A stretch of 64,000 nt of DNA from Eubacteriales bacterium (GTDB lineage: Bacteria > Bacillota > Clostridia > Oscillospirales > CAG-272), in assembly GCA_045637205.1 (NCBI GenBank), contig JAZTYY010000078.1, positions 952 through 64,951 on the forward strand, written 5' to 3'. Position 1 is the first letter of the stretch, and each line of letters starts with the position of its first letter. The notes under the pieces are model-generated. The model made no database searches. It saw nothing but the letters and a program-made list of their open reading frames with translations, and had not been told where the DNA came from. Position numbers and translations under genes: made by a program. This document shows positions 1-7,634 of this stretch, one piece after another.

Positions 1-72
1 GCTCTCAGCTTATCTGAAAACACAGATGAGCTGGTCCGGCAAACAGAAGAACACATGAAATCATTTTCCTAA
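1..72 (+). CDS. 3' end of an unidentified CDS entering from the left edge (...TDELVRQTEEHMKSFS*)
   Basis: Frame 1 is open from base 1 to TAA at 70-72. Followed by hairpin CGTTCAA-TTT-TTGAACG at 97-113. Too short to assign. Confidence 0.3.
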   Translation, partial: ALSLSENTDELVRQTEEHMKSFS

Positions 73-297
73 CGCCATCCGCCGCCACCTACCCAATCGT
101 TCAATTTTTGAACGACTATTTTATTCTTATTATATTTACTCAAAATAATATATAGTTATTTTACTAAAGATAATTGCTATAAAGCTTTTTAATGCTTTAT
201 AGCATAAATATTATTAACATATTATTGTTTTTATTCTTATTTATTTAATATTATTAATGTTCAATATGTCCCCCAAATACGTTCAAAAATCGCCCCT

Positions 298-363
298 CTA
301 TTGTTTGATAATTAAACTATAATTGTTTGATTTCTCAATCATAATTGTCTGATTTTTTAACTA
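298..363. repeat. three tandem 22-bp iteron-like direct repeats, core ATTGTYTGAT at 300-309, 322-331 and 344-353
   Basis: Units are CTATTGTTTGATAATTAAACTA / TAATTGTTTGATTTCTCAATCA / TAATTGTCTGATTTTTTAACTA. Exact 22-bp phasing. They lie in an ORF-free AT-rich stretch (about 115-360) next to an initiator-like gene. Confidence 0.55.
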
Positions 364-364
364 T

Positions 365-400
365 GAAAAGACATATGCCCGCGCTTTATTGACGCGGGCA
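365..400 (-). terminator. hairpin TGCCCGCG-N9-CGCGGGCA downstream of the 412-852 gene
   Basis: 8-bp GC-rich stem at 376-383/393-400. On the minus strand it is followed by a CTTTTC run. Confidence 0.45.
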
Positions 401-411
401 ATATTCATCCG

Positions 412-852
412 TTAAAACGAGAAGCCTTGAAATTTGCCTCTAGGCAAGCTCCCTTCGGACTCTAGGACAGAATTATCGGGTTCTACCTCTTCATCACCTG
501 TGTTGGAATTCAACTCAAAATCAACATACAACTTATTGAACGCCGCCGACTCAAACTTAAAGTATCTCTTCTTCGGCATGCCGTGATATTTCATCTTAAT
601 GATACCATACTCAACTAGTTCTTTACACGCTGCCAACTGCTGATGCTTACTTAAACCTGTATTATAGTACATATTATCGACCGTACTAAAGAACCAGCCA
701 CCTTGTTGAAGACCATCCCTCTCTCTCCAATATGTATATTCAGAATATATCTCCGATAACATAACTGCTGTATTCAAGTTGAATTTTCTTATAAATGGCC
801 TTGGTACTCTTATAAAGTCGCTTGTGAACATATTATCTAATTTATTTTTCAT
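412..852 (-). CDS. replication-initiator-like winged-helix protein (RepA_N / DnaD-like N-terminal domain)
   Basis: The pattern F.RVPR.F...L...A.ML.EIYSEY.YW......GWFFST.DNM...TGLS.HQQ..A.KEL.EYGII......G.PKKRYFKF matches Firmicute plasmid/phage initiators. Acidic tail. Iterons lie adjacent. Confidence 0.55.
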   Translation of the reverse strand: MKNKLDNMFTSDFIRVPRPFIRKFNLNTAVMLSEIYSEYTYWRERDGLQQGGWFFSTVDNMYYNTGLSKHQQLAACKELVEYGIIKMKYHGMPKKRYFKFESAAFNKLYVDFELNSNTGDEEVEPDNSVLESEGSLPRGKFQGFSF

Positions 853-891
853 AATTGCTCACCTCCTTTCTTAAAGGTATCATTCTATGTA

Positions 892-1194
892 TTAATGCAG
901 GTTCTTTTTGGCCTTTTCATACTCTTCCCAAGTAACGTTAGTGCCGTCGAGTAGAGTATCACACTCTCTGTAGATTTCATTAATTCTTGTACCTAAGCCA
1001 CTATAGTCAGGGCCATCATAATCGGGACAGCAACTATCAATTACCCAATTGTCATACTTAGATTCAATCTCTGCTAATTCCTGTCTCAGTTCATATTCAC
1101 GCTCATAAGCATGCCACATAGCGAGATTCTTTTCCGGGTCTTCAGAAAAGACCGGGTTTTCATAATACTCATCACAAAGAACAAATCCTATCAT
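892..1194 (-). CDS. hypothetical small acidic protein
   Basis: 100-aa ORF whose start overlaps the stop of the upstream ORF (1191-1194), i.e. translational coupling. Confidence 0.5.
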   Translation of the reverse strand: MIGFVLCDEYYENPVFSEDPEKNLAMWHAYEREYELRQELAEIESKYDNWVIDSCCPDYDGPDYSGLGTRINEIYRECDTLLDGTNVTWEEYEKAKKNLH

Positions 1195-1436
1195 ACGTAA
1201 TCCCTCCTTACGCCTCTGGTTATACTAAGAACGACGTTGATCGTTGCTTTCAAGAGTTGCATTTTTACTTCGTCTTCTGTGTAACTGGGATGCGAGACAT
1301 CCGGGTGCTCGTTGAGAAAGCCTTCAAAAGTATACTTGATGGCATACATTTCTTCTTCGGTGACCAGGATAGGGGGCATAGCGGGGTCGTAGACCATCGC
1401 GGCAAGTTCGATTTTAGGATTAATGTTTTTGTTCAT
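1191..1436 (-). CDS. hypothetical protein, paralogue of 1478-1693
   Basis: 81-aa ORF. Shares the pattern E..AI...(8-12)..HPD....E.V.M....TI.V..S.TR.....Y[VI]-end with the neighbouring ORF. Confidence 0.5.
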   Translation of the reverse strand: MNKNINPKIELAAMVYDPAMPPILVTEEEMYAIKYTFEGFLNEHPDVSHPSYTEDEVKMQLLKATINVVLSITRGVRRDYV

Positions 1437-1477
1437 CTGTTGTTCTCTCTTTCTTTTTTTATTTTTAATATATTGGC

Positions 1478-1693
1478 TTATATGTAATTAATATTAGGAT
1501 CTCGGGTGCTATGTAAGACTGCGATGGTAACCCTTCTAAGCATGTTTACCTTTTCTTCAACGGGGGTATCTGGGTGCGCGGCGGACCAGGGATTGATGAG
1601 CAAAGCGATTGCCGTGACTTCTGCAGGTTCAAGGTGGACGGTGTCAAGTTTAACCGTATTGGGGGTATACGGGAACCCAAATTTTTTAATCAT
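1478..1693 (-). CDS. hypothetical protein, paralogue of 1191-1436
   Basis: ATG at 1693 (MIKKF...) is preceded by GAAAGGA. The track start at 1708 has no RBS. Confidence 0.5.
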   Translation of the reverse strand: MIKKFGFPYTPNTVKLDTVHLEPAEVTAIALLINPWSAAHPDTPVEEKVNMLRRVTIAVLHSTRDPNINYI

Positions 1694-1857
1694 AAATAAT
1701 CCTTTCATTATTGAGTTGTTTTTTATACAAATGTAAAATACAATTTTAAATTTCTTTCGGCCTTAATATCGGCATTCAAACGGCTTTTAATCTTAATATC
1801 TTCGGTATCGGTAGGGCTACAATGTTTTATTGCAGCCCTTTGTCGTTTTCTATGTGC

Positions 1858-2361
1858 TTAGAAATTAAAGCCATCGAGTTTCAAAGGCTGTCTCGGTATA
1901 TTATTAACCGAAGGAACACTATTGCAGAAATCATATGTACCGTCATGAACATAATTGTTATCATTCTGCCATCTAGGAAGCCTGTCCTGCTGCTTGCGAC
2001 CGAGACAGAACGCTACCTGAGCTGTAATCGTTCCCATATAACCACCATGCTTTACACGAACCGCTCCATCCTTACCTACCCAACTATCATAGTTGGAAAG
2101 GTTGTAATCGCTGATAGCGAATGAATCGAAGAACATTCCCAGTCTCTGATTCGTTTTCTGACGGTCCATAGGATCAAGAACCATGTAATACCAAAGCTTG
2201 CTGTTGTGTCCGTTAACGTCAAGAGTAATCTCAAATCCCTCTTTGCCGCTGTTGAATACCTTCTCAACAACCTTAGTAATTCTCACTCTATGATCTCCCT
2301 CGGGGATAAGTGCGAACTCTCTCGCGGTGTAGTCGTTAGAATTAAAAGTCCAATTTGCCAT
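1858..2361 (-). CDS. DUF669-like phage protein (possible ssDNA-binding accessory protein)
   Basis: MANWTFNSNDYTAREFALIPEGDHRVRITKV...GKEGFEITLDV has the typical DUF669 N-terminal signature. ATG at 2361 is preferred over the longer track ORF. Confidence 0.5.
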   Translation of the reverse strand: MANWTFNSNDYTAREFALIPEGDHRVRITKVVEKVFNSGKEGFEITLDVNGHNSKLWYYMVLDPMDRQKTNQRLGMFFDSFAISDYNLSNYDSWVGKDGAVRVKHGGYMGTITAQVAFCLGRKQQDRLPRWQNDNNYVHDGTYDFCNSVPSVNNIPRQPLKLDGFNF

Positions 2362-2428
2362 AGTTTTTAAAATTCCTTTCATTTTAATTTTTTTGTGATG
2401 TTGCTTTGTTATTCTTTGTTTTTCTTGC

Positions 2429-2857
2429 TTAGAACCGAACAAAACCTTTAGGCACTATCTCAAGCTCTTCATGATACCCAGTAAAATACGGTTTTTTGAA
2501 CTGCTCAAGATTTTCGTAAATCTGCTTGGTAGCGTAATGTAGAGCTGCAGCAGTTTTTGATACCGCGAAGATAATAGTGCCATTAGAAGAAATGCAAGAG
2601 TCTTTACCGTTAAGCACAATACTGAATTTTTGATTACGATCTTTGGCATTTACGATCATACCGTTGAGAACGTCATCAACAAAGTCCTGATGCTTTACTA
2701 CTGAGATGAAACTGTACTCTTTGTTAGAACTCTTGACTACAGGGAAAATAGGATCGTAGTACTCCTGATCTCCTGCTGCTGCGAAAAGTGTGCCATTTTC
2801 AATGCTGAAAAAAGCTGTGAAATAGTGATTCTTTGCTGCCATATACTTAGCTTCCAT
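2429..2857 (-). CDS. hypothetical phage-type protein
   Basis: ATG at 2857 (MEAKYMAAK...) is preceded by AAAGGAG. No recognisable motifs. Confidence 0.5.
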   Translation of the reverse strand: MEAKYMAAKNHYFTAFFSIENGTLFAAAGDQEYYDPIFPVVKSSNKEYSFISVVKHQDFVDDVLNGMIVNAKDRNQKFSIVLNGKDSCISSNGTIIFAVSKTAAALHYATKQIYENLEQFKKPYFTGYHEELEIVPKGFVRF

Positions 2858-2990
2858 TTTTAACAATCTCCTTTTAAGCAATATTTTTAATTGTGTCTTT
2901 AACCGGGGGCGCCTCCCGACTACGCTTTAATTATATCAAATCATTTTCGTATTCCTTGGTATTTGAAATACCAATTTAAATTTATTTCAA

Positions 2991-3026
2991 AAATAAAAAA
3001 GCAAGTGAATAATCACCTGCTTTTTT
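2991..3026 (-). terminator. bidirectional-looking hairpin GCAAGTGA-ATAA-TCACCTGC flanked by an A-run and a T-run
   Basis: Stem at 3001-3008/3013-3020 with one mismatch. A10 lies upstream and T6 downstream. It sits just after the stop of the 3032-3814 gene. Confidence 0.55.
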
Positions 3027-3031
3027 GGTAT

Positions 3032-3814
3032 TCAAAATAAAACTGACTGCTTTAATTTCATTAATGTGTCGTTGACTTGACCAAATTTGTATTTGTCAGC
3101 ATTGTCCGATTTTAGAATAGCTGCTAAAGCCATATCAAATTTCAAATTGCGCCTAAAAATATATCCTGCACTAGTCATCAGCCTTTCAGCATCCATATAG
3201 TCCAACTCAAGGGCAAAACACAATTTCAAAACATTATTTTTTGAGACATTCTCGTACTTTCCTCTCTTAATAGCATAAAAAGTATTATAAGTTATACAAC
3301 ACGGACCTGATAAAAATGCTTTTAAATCTTTTTTTACCTTAGCTAACACTCCTCCTTCTCTAACCTTTTTTTGATAATATTTTTCTAGTAATTCGTCAAA
3401 CACTTCCTTAAACTCTGTTTCAAGTTCAGGAATTTCAACCTCAATGTATCGATTGTAATTTTTGGGGAATGCATTGTAAGAATTGGATATCTCTAGCGCC
3501 GAATCATCAGGGCAATAATTTTTATCAACGTAATCTTGAACCCATTTAAAAAACTTCTTATTTTTCTCATTAGAGGCAATTTGATGAATAGATTCAAGTT
3601 GCTTTGGCAAGCCTGATATACCACGTTGTTGGATTACAATCTCGCAATCGCGAGCACGTTTCTTTATGGCACCTTTGCTCCTAGGCGTAAATCCATCCTC
3701 AGCTAACAGACTGGAGAGCTCCTCTAATTCTGCATCGCTAGTATACAACCATCCGTGTTCATAGCAATAATAATACACAATTAAATCTTCGTGGTATGAC
3801 CATCTTTTTGACAT
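3032..3814 (-). CDS. hypothetical protein with a possible C-terminal HTH-like region
   Basis: ATG at 3814 (MSKRWSYHED...) is preceded by GGAGGGAG. The gene is divergent from the recombinase gene. Confidence 0.55.
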   Translation of the reverse strand: MSKRWSYHEDLIVYYYCYEHGWLYTSDAELEELSSLLAEDGFTPRSKGAIKKRARDCEIVIQQRGISGLPKQLESIHQIASNEKNKKFFKWVQDYVDKNYCPDDSALEISNSYNAFPKNYNRYIEVEIPELETEFKEVFDELLEKYYQKKVREGGVLAKVKKDLKAFLSGPCCITYNTFYAIKRGKYENVSKNNVLKLCFALELDYMDAERLMTSAGYIFRRNLKFDMALAAILKSDNADKYKFGQVNDTLMKLKQSVLF

Positions 3815-4021
3815 GATTTGCTCCCTCCAAGTTTTGGTACTGTCACAGTATACCATACTTTTGTTATTATTTCAAGTCGAGAATCAGTATTAAAACAAAG
3901 AATTGCAAACATTGTACTAATTTTTATCAAAAAGGGCTCCCAAAACGAACAAAACACGGCATAATATAAGTACCAAAGGTTACTTTAGGATCATTTAATA
4001 CAAGCCAAGGAGATTATTCAT

Positions 4022-4720
4022 ATGATTTATGCTTATTGTCGTGTTTCAACCACACACCAGAGGATTGCTCGTCAGATTACAAACATCACCGCAGTCTATC
4101 CCAATGCCACCATCATTAGAGAGTTCTACACCGGAACCAAACAGGACAGACCTAATTGGAACAAGCTTATTAATATAATTAAAAAGGAAGACACTATCGT
4201 TTTTGATAGCGTCTCCCGTATGAGCCGTAATGCTGATGAAGGCTTTAAGGATTATAAGATGCTCTATGAGTCCGGTGTCAACCTCATCTTTCTCAATGAA
4301 CCGCTTATTAACACTTCTGTCTTTGACTCCACTAAGAACAATCTTCTCAATATCAATATAGAAACCGGTAATACTGCTGTTGATGATTTCTTCAAAGGCA
4401 ACGTTCAACTCATAAATAACTTTATGATGGCATTAGCCGAGCAGCAGATTAAAGCAGCTTTTGAGCAATCAGAGAAAGAAGTTACCGACCTTCACTCGCG
4501 TATCAGCCAAGGCATGCGAGAAGCTAAGAAGAATGGTGTCAAGATTGGTCTGCCTCAAGGAACTACTCTCACTACCAAAAAAGCAGTTGAGTGTATGTCT
4601 ATCATTAAGAAGCACTCAAAAGACTTTGGTGGTAGTCTTGAAGATCCCGACGTCATCAAACTTTGTGGCTGCTCTAGAAACTCTTATTATAAATATAAAA
4701 AGGAAGCAAAGTCAAAGTAA
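4022..4720 (+). CDS. small serine recombinase (resolvase/invertase family)
   Basis: N-terminal YAYCRVSTTHQ (catalytic Ser motif), then D.VSRMSRN, and a C-terminal HTH (LCGCSRNSYYKY). RBS AAGGAGA lies upstream. Confidence 0.85.
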   Translation: MIYAYCRVSTTHQRIARQITNITAVYPNATIIREFYTGTKQDRPNWNKLINIIKKEDTIVFDSVSRMSRNADEGFKDYKMLYESGVNLIFLNEPLINTSVFDSTKNNLLNINIETGNTAVDDFFKGNVQLINNFMMALAEQQIKAAFEQSEKEVTDLHSRISQGMREAKKNGVKIGLPQGTTLTTKKAVECMSIIKKHSKDFGGSLEDPDVIKLCGCSRNSYYKYKKEAKSK

Positions 4721-4729
4721 GGAGTACTT

Positions 4730-4909
4730 ATGGATAACATCAAAATCGGCGACACTGTCAAAATCATCAAAATGGATGGCGAACCACAATACACCGACCG
4801 AGAGGGCGTTATTACCCACATCGACGATGCCGGTCAAATACACGGAACCTGGGGCGGCTGCGCTATCATTTCAGAGGTTGATACATATATCATAGTTAAA
4901 AGAGCTTGA
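4730..4909 (+). CDS. DUF4314-like small protein (59 aa; below the ORF-track cutoff)
   Basis: ATG at 4730 lies 7 nt after AAGGAG. Translation is MDNIKIGDTVKIIKMDGEPQYTDREGVITHIDDAGQIHGTWGGCAIISEVDTYIIVKRA*. The G..V.I..MD......G..G.V..IDD.G.I...W.G pattern matches DUF4314. Confidence 0.5.
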   Translation: MDNIKIGDTVKIIKMDGEPQYTDREGVITHIDDAGQIHGTWGGCAIISEVDTYIIVKRA

Positions 4910-4930
4910 CCGTCAAGGTCAAGCTCTTTT
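4898..4930. terminator. bidirectional hairpin AAAA-GAGCTTGACC-GTCAA-GGTCAAGCTC-TTTT between convergent genes
   Basis: 10-bp perfect stem at 4902-4911/4917-4926 with flanking A/T runs. The same arms recur at 19947-19971. Confidence 0.7.
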
Positions 4931-4937
4931 CTTCCTT

Positions 4938-5363
4938 TTATATTAATATACCATTGCAATGGTCTACTTCATGTTGAATGATCTGTGCCGTCCATCCTGT
5001 AAAATTCTTTACATGAGTTTTCATCTCAAGAGTTTGAAACTGAACTTTAATGGTCTTATAGCGTTTGCACTTGCGAGGTCCACCAAGAAGTGATAAGCAT
5101 CCTTCCTCTGTTTCATATAAACCGTCCTTCTTGACAATTTCAGGGTTGAGCATTACCGTGTAAGTGGGAATTCGTCCGCTCTCATCAAGAAAAGCTATGA
5201 TACGCTTTCTAACACCTATCATGTTAGCTGCCATACCAACACAGCTTTCTCTGTGCGCCATCAGCGTATCAAGCAAGTCCTGCGCGACCTGCATATCTTC
5301 TTTCGTTGCGACCTCCGACTTCCCTGCAAGGAATATCGGGTCGTGCATAAGTTCTTTTATCAT
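4938..5363 (-). CDS. def: peptide deformylase
   Basis: Motifs GMAANMIGV (G.AA.Q), EGCLS and HEVDH are present. 141 aa. Confidence 0.9.
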   Translation of the reverse strand: MIKELMHDPIFLAGKSEVATKEDMQVAQDLLDTLMAHRESCVGMAANMIGVRKRIIAFLDESGRIPTYTVMLNPEIVKKDGLYETEEGCLSLLGGPRKCKRYKTIKVQFQTLEMKTHVKNFTGWTAQIIQHEVDHCNGILI

Positions 5364-5364
5364 A

Positions 5365-5742
5365 TCACTTCTCCTGACAGAACACTGCTATTGCCTCTGA
5401 AGCAAACTCAGCAGTTCCTTCACCGTACTTGTTAATATTTTTTTCGAATCGATCATCGGCAACATACATCTTGCCAAGTCCTGCGAAGATCTCGTCGGTG
5501 CATGTATAGTAGTTGGCAGTGATGTGCGACTGAAGCTTTGCAACGAGCGATTGTACCTCGTTAGAATCGGCACTCGCACCGTTCGCCTTGCACGCGGCAA
5601 ACTCGGCAAAGATTGCCATCATGCCATCGTTCGCCTCTGCCCACTTCTCTTTTGTGTAGTTCTTTGTTTTCTGTTCGTGCTCACAATATGCTTCGGTATT
5701 TCCCCATTTTTTTGTGATTTCAGATTTATAATTTTTACCCAT
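5365..5742 (-). CDS. TipAS antibiotic-recognition domain protein
   Basis: KKWGNTEAY...YTKEKW...VQSLVAKLQSHI...YY.CT.EIFAGLGKMYVADDRF matches stand-alone TipAS domains. Confidence 0.75.
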   Translation of the reverse strand: MGKNYKSEITKKWGNTEAYCEHEQKTKNYTKEKWAEANDGMMAIFAEFAACKANGASADSNEVQSLVAKLQSHITANYYTCTDEIFAGLGKMYVADDRFEKNINKYGEGTAEFASEAIAVFCQEK

Positions 5743-5789
5743 AAATATGACCTTCCAAATTCATGTTCTTTCAATGTCATGACAAGTAT

Positions 5790-5837
5790 ACAAAAAGATC
5801 ATAGGCGCATATAGATCATATCCCATATATGCGCCTA
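5790..5837 (-). terminator. strong hairpin TAGGCGCATATA-N12-TATATGCGCCTA ending the defence operon
   Basis: 12-bp perfect stem at 5802-5813/5826-5837. On the minus strand it is followed by CTTTTTG. Confidence 0.7.
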
Positions 5838-5861
5838 CTTTGTTTCTTCGCACTTACAACG

Positions 5862-7613
5862 TTAACCTGTTGCACAGTCTGATTTTGTGAAATCAAACGG
5901 TTGGCCTATTCTTGATAAGACATTACCATATTCTTTTAATAATTCTACTGTCGATAATTCATTTAACCGAGCAACTCGTTGAATTGGATATGTCAGCAAA
6001 TTATCCTTAATATCAAAAGATCTCAGATATGTATCACACTCTGATATGTAATCATAAGCCTGTTTTATAGACTCTAAAGAGGTTGAAACATCCGAGCCAC
6101 TAAAATGGTTATCTACCAAAAGTTTTTGGCTATATATCTTCGAAATCACCGGTTTAACCATCTCATAACGAAGTCTATAGTTCGGTGTCATAGCACAATA
6201 AAAAGTTGTTTCGCTTTCAAAGGATTCAACATCTATAGACGACATTCCATCAATCGCAAAGGCACACAAATCGAGAAGTTCGAAAGGCAAAACTTCATAA
6301 TTTTGGAAAATAACCGCAGGTCTTTTCATATCTGTTTTTTCATCGCAAAAACAAGAAAGATCATACTTATATTTCACTTGAGGATTGTCCTTAATCTTTA
6401 ACAGGATTGCTTTATCAAGTTTGCGTTTTCCATCTTTTCTTAAAACAGTATCGCAACTTTGAGTGACCAATATATAATACTGATCTTTGATTTTGAAAAT
6501 ATCACCAGTCGCTATTTCAGAATATCTGGCATTAACACCGATATCATACAATTCTTTTCTGCGAACATTAGCCATAATTTCATTAATAGGATGTAGATTG
6601 CCTGGTTCCTGTGGCGCTCTTTTGCAAATTTCTTGGTATAACTGAATATGTTGGCATATTTCCTCTTGCTTATTAGTCAGTAATACACCATATTCTCTAT
6701 CATAAAAAATACTAACCAATCTTGCAATAAAATCAAAATGTGATTCTCCGTTAGCCTCAACCTTATTTGAAAATATGTAATCCAAGGTTTTTTGATCAAT
6801 TTTCCTTAGTGCAGCAATTGTCGGATCACAACTATCTCTCAAGCAGTTTATGTAAATATCCATCAGCATATAGCACTCCTTGCGCTTAAAACCAAAGGCT
6901 AGGCTTTTTGCAATTTTATCATAATTCTTCCCAAGCACTTTGTTTTTGCTGATGTAATAAATAAATGATGGCTGTTCTGCACCACTCTCAAGCAACAGTT
7001 GATCGAAATCTTTTGCTACATCCTCTTCTCTTTCCGAGGTGCTATTTATGGTTGTAAGCATGAATATATACTGTTTCACTGATTGGTAAGTTTTGACTTT
7101 GTTTTTAGCAAATTCAATTCCTGCTGTGGCAGATTCACCCACATTTATAAAGCTTTTATCTATCAACCATAAAATAGCCCCATTTGTCATGCCGGCTGAT
7201 TCAGTATCATAAACTTCAGCTTCGTGTGTGTTGGAAATCGTTACGTATTTTTCAATCATACCATCCGACTTCAGTTTTTCCAAAAAGGCCGTTATTCCCG
7301 TTCTTTCTCCTTCAAGATTCTCCTTAGCAGAAGGATATAATTTAGAGCACTCCTTAACCTGCTCAATAGTCAAGCTATCTATTAATTCTTGAACGAGTTG
7401 CGAGTGATCCATACCTAATTCTTGAAGTTCTTCAATTTCCTCCACCTTATCACTTTTTTCAAAATCGCACATCAATGCCTTAATAACATCAAACGAAACC
7501 ATGGCAGAAACAAACAATTCGTCGCGGAGTTCTTTTTCATTGGTGTCGGCGAAACAATCATCCACACTGATAACATATTTGATATTCTCTAACTCAAATA
7601 ATCTATTTAGCAT
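5862..7613 (-). CDS. receiver (REC)-like domain protein with an uncharacterised C-terminal domain of about 340 aa (candidate effector)
   Basis: YVISVDD (D18 D19), ILWLIDKSF..G..AGIEFAK (D152), YIFMLTT (T187/188) and FIYYISK (K223) give the CheY-like DD/D/T/K signature. There is an insert of about 90 aa after beta1. GGGAGG RBS lies 21 nt after the upstream stop. Confidence 0.55.
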   Translation of the reverse strand: MLNRLFELENIKYVISVDDCFADTNEKELRDELFVSAMVSFDVIKALMCDFEKSDKVEEIEELQELGMDHSQLVQELIDSLTIEQVKECSKLYPSAKENLEGERTGITAFLEKLKSDGMIEKYVTISNTHEAEVYDTESAGMTNGAILWLIDKSFINVGESATAGIEFAKNKVKTYQSVKQYIFMLTTINSTSEREEDVAKDFDQLLLESGAEQPSFIYYISKNKVLGKNYDKIAKSLAFGFKRKECYMLMDIYINCLRDSCDPTIAALRKIDQKTLDYIFSNKVEANGESHFDFIARLVSIFYDREYGVLLTNKQEEICQHIQLYQEICKRAPQEPGNLHPINEIMANVRRKELYDIGVNARYSEIATGDIFKIKDQYYILVTQSCDTVLRKDGKRKLDKAILLKIKDNPQVKYKYDLSCFCDEKTDMKRPAVIFQNYEVLPFELLDLCAFAIDGMSSIDVESFESETTFYCAMTPNYRLRYEMVKPVISKIYSQKLLVDNHFSGSDVSTSLESIKQAYDYISECDTYLRSFDIKDNLLTYPIQRVARLNELSTVELLKEYGNVLSRIGQPFDFTKSDCATG

Positions 7614-7634
7614 TTAAACGTCCTCCCAAAACAA

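Larger units (their letters stand above)
1..4930. mobile_element. phage/plasmid-like replication-recombination module (remnant or small integrated element); no virion genes
   Basis: Iterons, an initiator-like protein, DUF669-like and small phage-style ORFs, a serine recombinase and a DUF4314-like ORF. Boundaries are not established. Confidence 0.4.

Noticed and set aside
3857-4021. An invertible promoter element beside the serine recombinase
   Set aside because: I could not find flanking inverted repeats of convincing length. Only short imperfect palindromes are present, such as TAAGTACC-AAA-GGTTACTTA at about 3968-3987.
1-4930. An intact prophage
   Set aside because: No terminase, portal, capsid, tail or lysis genes are present. 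Only replication and recombination-type functions are present, so it is a remnant, satellite or plasmid-like module at most.
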